Source: Amoebophrya sp. A120 (Eukaryota > Protista > Dinoflagellata). From it: a stretch of DNA of 64,000 bases. Under the pieces are notes generated by a model that saw only the letters and a list, made by a program, of their open reading frames with translations, was not told the DNA's origin and did not search any database. The first letter of the stretch is position 1; the number at the start of each line of letters is the position of its first letter. Shown here piece after piece: positions 1 to 11,508 of the stretch. Location: the NCBI GenBank assembly GCA_905178155.1, contig CAJINV010000001.1, positions 10,596,311 to 10,660,310 on the forward strand, read 5' to 3'. The position numbers and the translations under genes were made by a program.

Positions 1-1
1 C

Positions 2-592
2 CACACGGGTTTACCAGACGAGCTCGCCACACTTCTGAACAAACATACAACCGAAGATGATTTTGCCGTTCATCCGTCGGAAATCTTAGTCGTGGCCTGT
101 CACGCGTGCCAGCACCTCACAGACGACACGATCGACATCGCGCAAAGTTTCGGGGTCCACGTTGCCGTGATGCCATGCTGCCACCGCGACCGCACGCAGG
201 GTCAACGGTGGAAAAGCACGGCGCGGCACCTCGCGGATACGTTCCTTGGTGAACAAAGCGGAATGATGGGAGAGGGTGGAAAAAGTGAAGACAAGAAAGT
301 CCGGAGAACAAAAAACGACCAGCTATTTGGCACCGTCACCGACCTTCTCACTGCCGGTAGGATGCAGGTCGGCGGGAAAAGCGCGGGAGTCCGCTATGAT
401 GTCCGCATGCGGTTTATCAACGAAAACATCACGCCCCAGAACCGCATTTTGGTCGGAACGGCACTGAGCCTTGCGGAAGAGGAGAGCAGCACGATGGCGG
501 ATACGAAAAAGCGGCAGCACGCGGAACGCCAACTCTCAGCGGCCTACCGTGCGGCGCACAAAAGCAAAGCATCAGTGAAGGAGCGACCATGA
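2..592 (+). CDS. 3' end of a putative SAM-dependent methyltransferase-like protein (5'-partial)
   Basis: Frame is open from base 2. Motifs VVACHACQHLTD, VAVMPCCH and ITPQNRILVG resemble the C-terminal LHAC / PCC / TPxN motifs of Methyltransf_32-like proteins. Stop at 590-592. Confidence 0.6.
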   Translation, partial: HTGLPDELATLLNKHTTEDDFAVHPSEILVVACHACQHLTDDTIDIAQSFGVHVAVMPCCHRDRTQGQRWKSTARHLADTFLGEQSGMMGEGGKSEDKKVRRTKNDQLFGTVTDLLTAGRMQVGGKSAGVRYDVRMRFINENITPQNRILVGTALSLAEEESSTMADTKKRQHAERQLSAAYRAAHKSKASVKERP

Positions 593-886
593 TGAAATGT
601 TCGTATAGGGAACCACTCCTTCGAAATTTGTTTTCGTATATGAAAAGCGACAACGACATTTTCCTTTGACAAAGGAATCAGTGAGCCAACATGATTCTAG
701 TTTTCTGTGGCCGGGGCATCTCCATCTGTTCATCTCTTCGAAAAACCGAGAGTTCGTTGAGACGAATCCATCGTATTCGTAAAGCACTTCCCCTACAACA
801 GCAACATTGTCGTTTCGTCGCAACTTCGTGTCGATTTCTTGAATGAGAGAACCTAGAGGAGCTCTGCTCGTCGCTCGCAATCGTGC

Positions 887-3800
887 ATGTCGTGCTGGTC
901 GTGGTAATTTCCTACTTGAGACGCGCAGAACAACAACTCTTTTCCACTCTTTGCTTCCGTAGCCGAGATTAGGCGTCGGTCTCGAATGGGCACAGTGAAA
1001 AAAGCGCAATTCATCTAATCAACAATGTCGCGACAGCGGGGTCGGAGACCAGCCTGTGACTGATATACAAAAGCAGGTCATCAAGAGCATCACGAAGAGC
1101 CACGAGATGGGTGACGGCGCGCACATCAGTAAGGCCGAGAACCTCGAAGCCGATCTGTTTTCCAACAGCAACAACCGATGGCACCTTTTCATGGCGCTCC
1201 GGCTGTGGCTCGTGAGCTTTTTGTTCCCTCTTGGGGCCGGCTTTGCCGACGTGGTTTACTTCTGGCGGTACGGGGTCTTTGCCGGCATCACGCTCCCGAA
1301 TCTCATTGCCTACGGCGTTGCCATCACCGAACGGTTTCTGCCGAACCACTTCGAAGACAAGTTGCAGCCTGACGAGGCGCAGCTCGCCCACAGGATCTCC
1401 TACCGCATGCACGATAAGCCTGGGGGTGTGCTGCTCGGCACCGTGGCCTGCACGGTGCTCGGGGCGGGCATCGCGGCCTTTGCCATGCGGGACCACCACC
1501 GCGTGGGGATTTTGTTCGGGTTGTTTGTCGTGGTGCTGGAAACGATTTCCGCCTGCCACTACGCCTTCGTGTTTCTGGAAAACCCACACGGAAACGAAAC
1601 TTTCCCGGTCGGGCTCCTCTGCTCCGCCACCGCGTTCGGCATTCAGAACTACTTCACGGCCCGCGGACCGCTGCAGATCAACACGGTGGGCATCACCAGC
1701 GTCCTGCAACGGATTCCCGAGCTGCTCTTCCGCGAGGTCTTGGATCCGGAACCCGGGCGCGCCAGCCACACCGCGCTCAACTTGAATGCGGCAGAGCAGG
1801 AGGACCAGTGGCATTTGGGCCGACGCGACTACGTGCGCGAAGGGACCGTGCTGCTGTGTCAGTTTTTCTTGGTGCCGGTTGGCTTTTTTCTCGGCGTCCT
1901 CGCAGCGGGGTACTCCTTCAGCCATATCCAAGAAAAAAACATTGTAGGTGTAACTTTTTTGGAGGAACAGCATTACAAATTTGTCTGGCATGACAGCAAA
2001 AACCTGTCATGCGCAGATAGTACGTGAAAACGCCCTTTAATGGATCCTACGATGCATGCCAAGCATGACACACACAATCATCTTGCATGATGCGCATCAC
2101 AAACTTACACTAACAACGTTTTTTTCTTGGATAAGCCAGCCGCACTTCGCACTCTCCGGGTACCCAATGGTGATTCATTTGTTGACGGTGTTACCCGCGT
2201 TCATTTTGCACGACATGATTCTGGTGCAGCACGAGCAGGGCGAGATTCGCTCGGAACAAGAGTTGCAGGAGGAGGCGGACGAAGCGCACCATCACCTGCA
2301 CGGCATGCGTGGCAGCAAGCAGCACATGACCGAGATGGCGGACTTCGCCGCGGCGCGGGGTGGTGAGGGCGAGTTCGACGATCTGGAAATGGAAGCAGGC
2401 GGCTACGATGAAGATGATTACGAAGGAGGGCATGTTGAAGTAGAGGATGCGGATGTTGACAACTTCGGTGGCAAACGACCCAGCGCTGGTACGGGCAAGA
2501 TGATGAAGAAAGGCAAAATGCCTCCGAAAGCGACCCCACCGGGAATGGGTGCCAAGTTTGCCGGCAAAAGCGCGATGAAAAGTGCGGAAATGAGTGCTAA
2601 GCAAGGCACTGCTGCAGGAAAAGTCAAAGGCGGCGCCGACGTGATGATGCCAGCGAAAGCGACGATGCCGGTGTCTTCGAAAGCTGCGTCGGCCAAAATG
2701 CACGCGATGGCACCGCATGCCGCTGCACCTTCTCCAGGGGGAAAGCCGGTTGGAAAGCCACACAGCGCCGAGGGAGAAATGCACGGCCCGGGAAAAGGCG
2801 ATCCGCTATCGCACGGTAAAGACGCAACGCACCCCGATCACAAAGGCGAGTTGCACAAAGGCGATCCGAGCGGAAAAGGTGTGTTGCCGGGGCACGAGCC
2901 GCACAAAGGTGATCCGGCCGGAAAAGGCTTGCCGCCGGGGCATGATCCGCACAAGGGCGATCCGACTGGGAAAGGCATGCCGCCAAGCCACGATCCGCAC
3001 AAGGGCGATCCGAGCGGGAAAGGCATGCCACCGGGCCACGATCCGCACAAAGGTGATCCGAGCGGGAAAGGCGTGCCTCCGGGCTATGATCCGCACAAAG
3101 GCGATCCGAGCGGGAAAGGCATGCCTCCGGGCTACGATCCGCACAAAGGCGATCCGGCCGGGAAAGGCATGCCGCCAGGCCACGATCCGCATAAAGGCGA
3201 TCCGTACGGAAAAGGGATGCCGCCTGGGCATGAGCACGATCCGCACAAGGGCGACCCGAGCGGAAAAGGCATGCCGCCAGGCCACGATCCACACAAGGGC
3301 GATCCGGCAGGGAAAGGCATGCCGCCGGGGCACGATCCGCACAAGGGCGACCAAGGCGGACCGAAAGGCATGCCGCCGCAGGAGCCGCACATGATGGATC
3401 CTAAGGGCAAAGGCAAAGCTAGCATGAAGGGCGAAGGTGAAGCCGCTCCTCCCGCCGGCCCAGGAGGTCCCGGGATGATGAAAGCAGGTCAAAAAATGAT
3501 GCCACCGGGCAAGGGCGGGAAGGAGGACGCGATGATGAAGGGCAAAGCTGCCCAAGACATGATGATGCAAGCTATGAAGGGCAAACAAGCCGACATGAAC
3601 ATGATGATGAAAGGTAAAGACGCCGACATAATGCTGAAGGGTAAGGACGCCAACATGATGATGAAGGGTAAAGACATCGACATGAAAGGGAAGATGATGC
3701 AGGGAAAACAAGCACTTCCGAAGCGTCCGCCGGGGTACTACTACCCAGAATTTGCGTCAGAAGTAGAAACCGACTCCGACAGTGATCTGCTGTTCAGCGG

Positions 3801-4281
3801 CAAGCGCAAGAGCAAAACCTTCAATCTGTTCGCCGGATCCAGAACTAGTAAAGAGCTCGTCGTTCCCAGGGAGAACATCTACCGCAGTGACGGAGAGGAA
3901 AGTGTAGACATTCTGGCCGAGACCGATGCCCTTCTGACGGACGAGGATTACTTTTATAGAACTTCATCCGGGGCTAGTACAAACAACTGCACCGGCGCCA
4001 GCGGCCTGAACGTGGTTGCCGTCACCTTCAACGAAGACGAAAGGGAATACATTCGCAATCTGCCCCCGAGAAATCGCGCGCCATTGAACAATCCGAATGT
4101 TCTCCGAAAGCACTACCACACGGTCCCAGACCCGCCGACAACCTCGTCTGACGAAAACACGGGAAGTAGCTCCTGGATCGTCTCCAGTGCTGTGCAGGCC
4201 CGTTCGGACGTGCGCTACGCCAGAGTGGAAAGGAAACGGGGACACGGACGGCTGCGACCGGCAAACTCGAACGCGTTCTGA
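887..4281 (+). CDS. DUF1275/YoaK-like multi-pass membrane protein with a long repetitive C-terminal tail
   Basis: Hydrophobic helices with GAGFADVV..GVFAGITLPNL and AFGIQNY..INTVGIT (DUF1275-like). Model: exon 887-903 (tentative), GT-AG intron 904-1036, exon 1037-1924, TIR element removed, exon 2139-4281. The junction reads YSFSQPHFALSGYPMVIHLLTVLPAFIL, completing a last TM helix. Confidence 0.7.
1925..2133. mobile_element. Introner-like TIR element (TAT...ATA, 5-bp direct repeat AGCCA)
   Basis: Left TATCCAAGAAAAAAACATTGTAGGTGTAACTTT vs reverse complement of 2101-2133 matches 29/33. AGCCA at 1920-1924 and 2134-2138. Removing 214 nt fuses ORF 1056 in frame to ORF 2056. Confidence 0.92.
2854..3390 (+). 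repeat. Coding 48-bp tandem repeat, about 11 copies of HKGDPSGKGMPPGHDP
   Basis: Directly visible in DNA and translation, with much third-position variation. Followed by MMKGK-type repeats at about 3530-3710. Confidence 0.95.
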
Positions 4282-4950
4282 TTTTTTTCGCGAAGGAGAA
4301 TCGAAAACGAACAAGAACAAGAAGACTTTGTATGTTTCTCACTGTACAATAATGCGACTTTCTGTTTCCTTCCTAGAAGCGCAAATCTCTAACTTCTACT
4401 TCACAACACGTAGTCAGTATGACGTGTACTGTACTGAAGCTGAACCAAAATCGATTTAGAAATTCATGTACAAAATGAGACTGTTGTGTAACGAAATTAA
4501 CGCTTTGCGGCTTTTACTTCCTGCTTCTATCAGTGTCTCTGAAAATGAAATGAAGAAAAAAGTTGAGGCTGCGATTTTTCGAGACAATGTACAAAGGAAC
4601 CCCAACAGAAGGAGAAAGCTATTGATTTGGAAACAAAGAATGAAAAAACGAAAACGGCGCCATCATTCGAAAAAGCGTTTACCTGTGGTGTTCTGCTTGT
4701 TTTTTGTTTTTACATGTCCCATGCTCTTCTCTTACAAGATCAACGACAGATCTTGACATTTAACAAGAAATCGAGTAGTAAAAATCTAATCTCAACATGC
4801 GCTCAAATCAAAATCATTTTGCGGAGAAGGAAGACGAAGATGTGAGTATGAGCCTCCTGTTTCTCGTAATGAAACTTGTATCGTAACAACTGAAGATGAT
4901 CCTCGTCAGGTAGCTTCTTGCCGCGGCGAATCAATTTCGCCCGCCAAAAA

Positions 4951-7579
4951 ATGATTGGCGATCAGTACGGCGCAATGAGCCGGCCCACGTTGCTGGAAAC
5001 GGTCGACCACCGCTCGGACGAGGGGTTGCTGAACGACCACCTCTACCGGTTACGCGCGGATATCGATATTCGCACGAGGCGATTGGAGCAGGAACGGAGG
5101 CGTCTCTGCGATCTGGAGGAGGGCGTTGCGAAGTGCCGTCGGGAATTCGAAACCAGACGAACGCGGTACCAGAAGCTCAAACACGAGTACGAGGGAAAAG
5201 CCGGAACGGAGGTAGGTGTTTTGCTCGTGCGGTAAACATGGTTTTCTCTCGGCGCACCTCTTCTGGTGGTTCGTATGATCTGCATCTGGTTGGGAGTCGC
5301 CTTTCGTGTGAAGTGAAAAACTCAACTTTTTTTTCAGCACGGCCAGGAGCGGTTACTGGAGACGCTGTTTCAGAAATTGAATCTCCTCCACCACAAAGAC
5401 TCCGAGTACGTTGGGACAATTACGAAACTTCGCCAGGAACGGAAAAAGGTTGATGGAATCTTCAAACAGCTCAAACAGGACATCCAGACACAAACGAGAG
5501 AGGTACTGACTTTGCCTATACCTATACGTCGCTCGCTCTTTTCTCTTGCGTACAAGTAAGTAGCGCTTTCGAGTGTTTTTGCATACCAAAATGAAAATTT
5601 TTTCAGCTGATCCGCGCCACCCATGTGTACGAGCAAGCGCAGGGCGAAAAGGAGGAGATGTTGGCCCAAACGAGATGCGTGGAAAAGCGCATGAAGGAGC
5701 AGCGGAAAGAATTCAAGGATATGGTCCAGAATATGCGGGAGGACTACGCGAAGCAGGAACGGATCCAGCGCGCCCTCCAGCTCCGGCAACAACGTGCGAC
5801 CTCTGCGACCGCAAGGAGTAACCGTCTGCAAGCCGATTCCCGGGTGACCCTTGGGCCTGGCGCCGGGCGGGGAGGCAAAGGCAATAACCAGCCTGCGTTA
5901 CCAGCACCCGGACCGCCTGGAGCAGGCAATAATTCTCGCAGTACAACTACCGCAGCTGCACATGGAGCTGCTGGTGTCGACCAGCAAAACAGAATACCAG
6001 TTCCGCCAAATAGCCTTCAAGCCGGCGGGTCCTCTTCTTCTACCCGAGGGAACTACCCTGCCGGACATCACAAAGGCGGTGTGTCGCCGTCAACCAGAAG
6101 TATTCTGTGGAAGAAGAAGCACGCGGCCAACCTCGACATCAGCATTCCAGAGGAGGAAAGGCAATTCGACGCGCAGGTGCTTTGTCGCCGGATCTTCCGG
6201 AACGCCTTTTTCAACGCGATTCAACGGCGCAGAATCAGGCAGTACACGAAGAACATCGAGATCTTCGTATTACAACGAAAAATGCCCCCACCCCCGAACT
6301 TGGGAGCATTTGTATTGCAAACCTTTCCAAATGAAACATTCGCCGTCTTGCATCTGTCAGCATCACAAGTTTCTTATCGTGAATAGCAAAAATTTGTATT
6401 GCAAAAGACCCCAGCACGAGCGGCTCTTGTCATGCAAGCGATGCGATCCATCCCTAGAATCAGCATCAGAAAGATTCATACTCCTTTCCTGCATGACAAA
6501 AAGTTTTCATTTGGAAACTGCTCATCACAAATATTTGCAATGTCAGGAATGGCAATGGGGGGCACTTTTCACTGTAATACTTCGACCAGGCATTTGACAC
6601 GATCAGGACCCTGACCGGGATACAAAATTTGGAGGAAATCGTGCGGATCTTCACGGAAATGGAGGACCGGTCCTACAGCTTGCTCACCTACGTCAACACT
6701 CTGCACGCCGACATTGAGCAGCTGGAGGTCGCGAACAAGCAAGCGCTGGACCACATCTACTCCGCGCGGCACCGACAGAATTCGCCGGACTTGGGCCGGA
6801 AAAAAGCGCTGTTGAGAAGTTTGGAATCCAAAATTCACCAGGAGGAAGCTGTCGTGTTGGAAAAGGAAGCGGATATACAACGAGGTAACAAGAAGTATCC
6901 AACAACTTTGTACGCCTTTTTATGTTTCTGTCTTCGCATTCTCTCTGAACCAAAACAATTACCCGCTTGCGATGCGTTCATCTCTCAAAACAGGTTTGGA
7001 TATCATCAGCAAAGTACGGGATCCATTACAGAAGACCGTTGAGGTCATGGGTGGGCTGCTGTTTGAAGCTTTGAAACTCCCAGAGGACTACAACACTCCG
7101 ACCGGACAGCGGCTCAACGCACTGACAACGCTGACGAAACAGCATGAGCAGGTAGATCGCTTGCAATGCCAATGCGATCTCGTAGAAGTTTCGTTCAATG
7201 GTGATCATGCATGTTGCCGCATCATTCCGCACTCGCAACAAACGAAGCTTTCTCACACCTACAGGTCCACGACAGTGCGTTGATTGTGCCAATAGAGGGA
7301 ATGCACATTCTTGAGAACATGCACGAACACCCGGTGCAAGAGCTGCTGAACTTCGTCGAGCATAACCTCTTACACTTCCGGGACTACATGGCCTCCTCCG
7401 CTCCATTACGAATCCTGAACAAGCCGGCGATTGGAAAAGCCATGCGAAAACCGCAAGATTTACCAACCGCGAAACTCGAAGACTCGGACACGGAAGGCGA
7501 CGAAATGCCGATGAGTCGCGCGGAGCTCCGCCTGGCGGTGGAAAAGTCCATTCATGCGAGGAAGAAAAAACGCGCTTGA
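4951..7579 (+). CDS. Outer dynein arm docking complex subunit-like coiled-coil protein (ODA1/CCDC114/CCDC63 family)
   Basis: Exons 4951-5211, 5338-5502, 5607-6267, 6585-6884, 6994-7151, 7265-7579; four GT-AG introns plus one TIR intron. The spliced motif IFDQAFDTIRTLTGIQNLEEIVRIFTEMEDRSYSLLTYVNTLHADIEQLE resembles the conserved ODA-DC segment. Confidence 0.8.
6268..6579. mobile_element. Introner-like TIR element (TAT...ATA, 5-bp direct repeat CTTCG)
   Basis: TATTACAACGAAAAATGCCCCC vs reverse complement of GGGGGCACTTTTCACTGTAATA matches 19/22. CTTCG at 6263-6267 and 6580-6584. Removing 317 nt restores a conserved in-frame motif. Confidence 0.93.
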
Positions 7580-8531
7580 TGAGGATGTGATAGAAGAAAT
7601 AGATGGATCAGTGAAGATCTGAGGCATGGATGTTTTTGAATCAGAATCATAGTTGATGCAGTATACACTCCTGAAATTTGTGACAAGCAAGTGCGTTTTT
7701 TGCTTCGGCGTTGTGCTTCTCGCTTCTGTATGATCTTCCAACAAGAGTAAGAGTTTCAGTTTTTAAGCGTGATGTACTGCAAAGCGTACATTTTTAAAGG
7801 TCAAAGACGTTCAAAGGTCATGGCGGCTCTCTGTAAAAGAAAAACCGCCTTCGCGAGTCAATCAGAACGCATCAAAATGTCTGTGGAACTGCGAAAAAAG
7901 GCAGGAACATCGGGAGGAAGCTGACCGAGCTGGCACCGAATATGGTTTGCAGCAGTACCGATTACTTGAACTGGCCGCCCTCGCTGAGAATTCTACTGTG
8001 TTCCACCTTGTACTGGAACAGGCAGCTTTTTCTGCCAACTACCGGTCTTCAATCGTTCCCGCGATTCGAACGAAGTGCGGCGACGAAAACGTGAAGAGCA
8101 TCACCCGGCTGAAATTGAAGCCGCTCGGCCGGGCGTCGCACGCTCCTCGCTGGCTAAGGCGCAGGAGCTTTTGGGCGCGGCGGATCTACGACGAAAACAG
8201 GGCGGCGCTACCTCCATGGCGTGACTCTCGCGAGCTAGCCGCGGAACTGCAAGGCGGCGGAATCCTTGCCCGTGGCCCGTACAGGTTTCCGCCCCAAGAC
8301 GCAGCCGGGGCGTGGCTGGTTGCCTGGCCGCAGCGCGATGGAAGGACCGCTTGGCCGCCCGCATTCATTGCGTGGGTGCGCCAGGCAACGCGATGGAGGG
8401 AATGCGCACGATCAGAAGTGGCGGCGCATGGGGCGCCCGCCATCGCCATTGCATTGCCCCCCTCCGGCGTCGCGCGGCCAGGGCCGTGGCGCAGACATGA
8501 TTGGGGCCCGGCGTGGGGCCCGAACGCGCAC

Positions 8532-8630
8532 CCGCCTCGGTTCGTTCAATTTTCGCCGCCGGGCCGCCTCGGTTCGTTCAATTTCCGCTGCCTCGGCTCG
8601 TTCAATTTTCGCCGCCTCGGTTCGTTCAGT
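8532..8630 (+). repeat. 24-bp tandem repeat x4 (CCGCCTCGGTTCGTTCAATTTTCG)
   Basis: Units start at 8532, 8564, 8588 and 8612; there is an 8-bp insert after the first and the last is partial. Confidence 0.9.
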
Positions 8631-9171
8631 CAGCGGGCAGCCTTTGCACTTCGTCCCGCAGCCCACTCGCCCCCTTCGTGGTTTAGTTGGAAAGCAGTCG
8701 CGCGCTGATCCTTTCGTAGGTTGGCGCCGAACGCAGGCGGCGCCAGCTCCAGAGCGGCGGAATGGGCTTGCGGAAATATGGGCACGGCGCAAATCCCGGC
8801 CGAGGAGGAGCATAAAAAAAGAGAGCCACGGCGGCGCCGCAGGGCCGGGCGCGCGCGCAGCGCGGCGGGGAGCTGGAAAGGCAGGGCGCGGCGCTTTCTA
8901 ATATATACCCACCGCCGCCCATATAAGTTCCGCGCACGCATGGCCCCGGCCTTCGCAAGTGCGAGGCTAGCGCCCGGGGGGTGCGCGGCCGTGGTGGCCT
9001 CCGCCGCCGCAACACGATGGGCCGCAAGCAACAACAAAAATAAAAGCGGCAGCGGCGAGGCGTCGCGAAGCGCTCGACAGCCGCCGGGCCGCCGCCTGGG
9101 CGGGCCGTGTGAATGTTTGTGCTTAGCTGGCCGCGCCAGCGTCGCGCGGGCCAATCGACCCCGCCGATTGT

Positions 9172-10397
9172 CAGACGGCCCGGCCCGGGCAAAATCAGGA
9201 CGGTAAAAGTTTGTTAAAATGTTGTTAATTTCCAAACTGCCTAGTTTTGGCGCCTTGGATTTTCCGGCCCGTTGTGCCACGGCCCCAGCCGTAAGGTTCC
9301 CCGCTTTCCGTGCCCCCGTCTGCTGCGCCGTTTCTGTTTGGGAGGCCGCCGCCGGTCTTCGACGGCGTTGCGCGCCCGGTCTCTCGGTGGCCCCCCCCTC
9401 CGCCGTACGCCAGGCGGCGCCCCTCCGGTCCTATGGCCTGGTGGGCCTTCGTGGTTTTCAATATTGGTCCGCGTGGCAGTGGCGCCGAGCGGCGGGAAAT
9501 GCTTGGGGGCCCACGCGCAGGCTGTGTAGTCTCCTTGTGGGCTTCCGTTTGGGCATTTATTTGGGCAAGCCGGGCAGAGCGGGCCTGGCCTTGGGCTGGC
9601 AAGTGTCGGCGGGCACCCCCGGCGTTTCCTGTGCTTTTGGGGTTTCTTTGTTTCGGGTCCGTTTTCCCGGGAGCCGGTTCTGGGAGAAAACACCGGGGCG
9701 ATTTTTCCCGGGAAGGCGATAAAATGTGCGTTAATTTTTGGGTTAATTTTTTGGGTTAATTTCATTTTAAGGCGATTCCTGTGGGAAATCGGCCCCAGGG
9801 AAATTAACACAAAAGATTAACACAAATATTAACACATATTTTAACACTAAAATTAACACAAGCCCAGCTCGGAAAATTAACACTGTCCCAAAGATTTTTG
9901 CTATGTGGGCGCCCCACCACAAAAGAAGCGCGGTTTTTGGAAGGCGAATGCGGCCGCGTCCCGCTTGGGTTTGGGACGGCCCACGCCGTGTCACTTGGCT
10001 TGCCGTGGCCGCCGGACAATGGGGGGTGGGGCGCATCGGGGTGGCCTGGGGGTTCGCCGTGAAGCGTTCGGCTTCCAGGGCAAACCACGGGCCACGCTTC
10101 CTTTTTCCCGGGGACAATCTGCACCAGGCGCCAATGGGGCCCGACGCTGCGCTTTTGCCCTATCCCCGCGGGCATAAATCTCGCGCGGCCCGCCCCGCGC
10201 GAAAACGCCCCGGCGGGCCCCCCCGCCCTTTGTGCTGGCCCGGCCCGCCCGTCGTCGGCTTCCCCGGCGTGGCCTGCCGGGTTTCCTCAACCAGCTGCCG
10301 CCGCAAAAAAAACTGGGGCAGCCGTTTGCGTTTTTCAGAATTAACACATAATTAACAGGAAATTAAAGCCGGAAGCTTGCCCGGGCCGGGCAGGTTG
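9172..10397. mobile_element. ~1.23-kb non-autonomous hAT-like TIR element, older copy
   Basis: TIR CAGACGGCCCGGCCCGGGCAA vs reverse complement CAACCTGCCCGGCCCGGGCAA matches 18/21. Flanks CCGATTGT/GCGATTGA match 6/8. Subterminal motifs and the central GTTAATTT/AAATTAAC array are shared with the element at 48252-49485 in opposite orientation. Confidence 0.75.
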
Positions 10398-11034
10398 GCG
10401 ATTGATTTATTTCCCGGCCCGAGCCTCCTCGTTTGTGCTTGTGGGGATGGAAGGAGGGGCCGGCCAGTCAGCAACCACGCAGGCAGGCAGGGCGCAGCAG
10501 GGTAGGCGCCGGCAGGGCCTGCGGGCCCGCCCTTCCTTGCACCAGCGACACCCCGTCCGACCGGTCGCAGCGCCCTGCCTGCAAGCAGGCCCGCGTCGGT
10601 GATTCGCGCCACAGAGGGGAGGCCTGGGATTCTGGCGCGTTGCCCCCTGCCTTCGCTCGTTTCGTGGCTGGCCACTGGCCCAGGCAATACAAGAAGGTGA
10701 ACCGCGGCCGAAGCAATGTGAACCTGATCCCTCTTGTGGAGACGATGGAGCACCCTGAAGGGCTAGTCAACATGAATTGCAGCAAGGCGATCTGGTCCGC
10801 CGTCAGATGTCCCATGCGCGCCGGGGGAGCATTTTCCCCCTAGATATCAGTGTTCGAAGCCGCCTTTGCTGCAGTAAAGACAGGGCAGTGAACGCTTCTC
10901 CTTCCGTTTTTCGTGTAATGTTATTGCCGATGGCATAATAAGAATAAAATATATAAGTACGATTGATACCTGCGGCCCACTGTTTGGGACAACCATAGAC
11001 ACACTCTCACTAGTGAAATTAATGATGGACGAAA

Positions 11035-11508
11035 ATGCAGCTTTTTGCGGTTGAACCCAAAGACGATTGCCCGCACGTCGGCGAGTGCGCCCGGAACGTT
11101 ACCGACTACGCCGACGTCAAGCTTGCTTCTGCAAAATGTCCCTCCTGCGACGAGCCGGATGAGAATTGGTTGTGCCTGAAATGCAAAGGGGTCTTCTGCA
11201 GCAGGTACAAAAACGAGCACGCGCTATTTCATTTTCTGGAGAACGACAGCCACTATGTCTGCCTGTCCTTCAGTGATTTGTCGTTCTGGTGTTACGCCTG
11301 CGACAGCTATGTCGTTGCCCCAGAACTCTTACCAATCCGCAAGCACTTCGAGGCAGAGAAATTCGGTGGCGAGTGTCAAACAGGCGTGGAGGCTATCGCG
11401 CAGCTGGTGACGGGGATAGCTGGAAGCAGCTCCACTGGTGAGACCGGGGGCTCGTCGTCGAGTACAGGTGGGGGCGCGTCCTCATCAAGCCGTGCGCCAC
11501 CAAATTAA
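11035..11508 (+). CDS. Stand-alone zf-UBP (BUZ, HDAC6-type) ubiquitin-binding zinc finger protein
   Basis: FAVEP..CPH, CxxC, ENWLCLKC..VFCSRYKNEHALFH, H..CLSFSDLSFWCYACDSYV: the full ZnF-UBP ligand pattern. Confidence 0.9.
   Translation: MQLFAVEPKDDCPHVGECARNVTDYADVKLASAKCPSCDEPDENWLCLKCKGVFCSRYKNEHALFHFLENDSHYVCLSFSDLSFWCYACDSYVVAPELLPIRKHFEAEKFGGECQTGVEAIAQLVTGIAGSSSTGETGGSSSSTGGGASSSSRAPPN

Larger units (their letters stand above)
7878..10891 (+). pseudogene. Possible disrupted gene: coding-like ends flanking a GC-rich interior and an inserted element
   Basis: Protein-like stretches at about 7947-8230 (QQYRLLELAALAENSTVFHLVLEQAAF...) and about 10620-10890 (PPAFARFVAGHWPRQYKKV...), with stops and frame breaks. 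No family recognised. Confidence 0.3.

Noticed and set aside
1990-2215. Alternative intron bounded by ATGACA/ACGACA with a 6-bp inverted repeat
   Set aside because: Superseded by the 1925-2133 element, which has a 33-bp TIR and a perfect direct repeat and preserves a TM helix.
2854-3390. 48-bp repeat as CRISPR or non-coding satellite
   Set aside because: It is in frame with much synonymous variation; an ordinary coding repeat.
8532-8630. CRISPR-like array
   Set aside because: Units are head-to-tail without unique spacers, there are no cas genes, and the context is eukaryotic.
8266-10843. Many overlapping Arg/Pro/Gly/Ala-rich ORFs as genes or a transposase (likewise 44900-45800 and 48350-49450)
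   Set aside because: Expected stop-codon scarcity in GC-rich DNA; no DDE or other domain motifs are visible.
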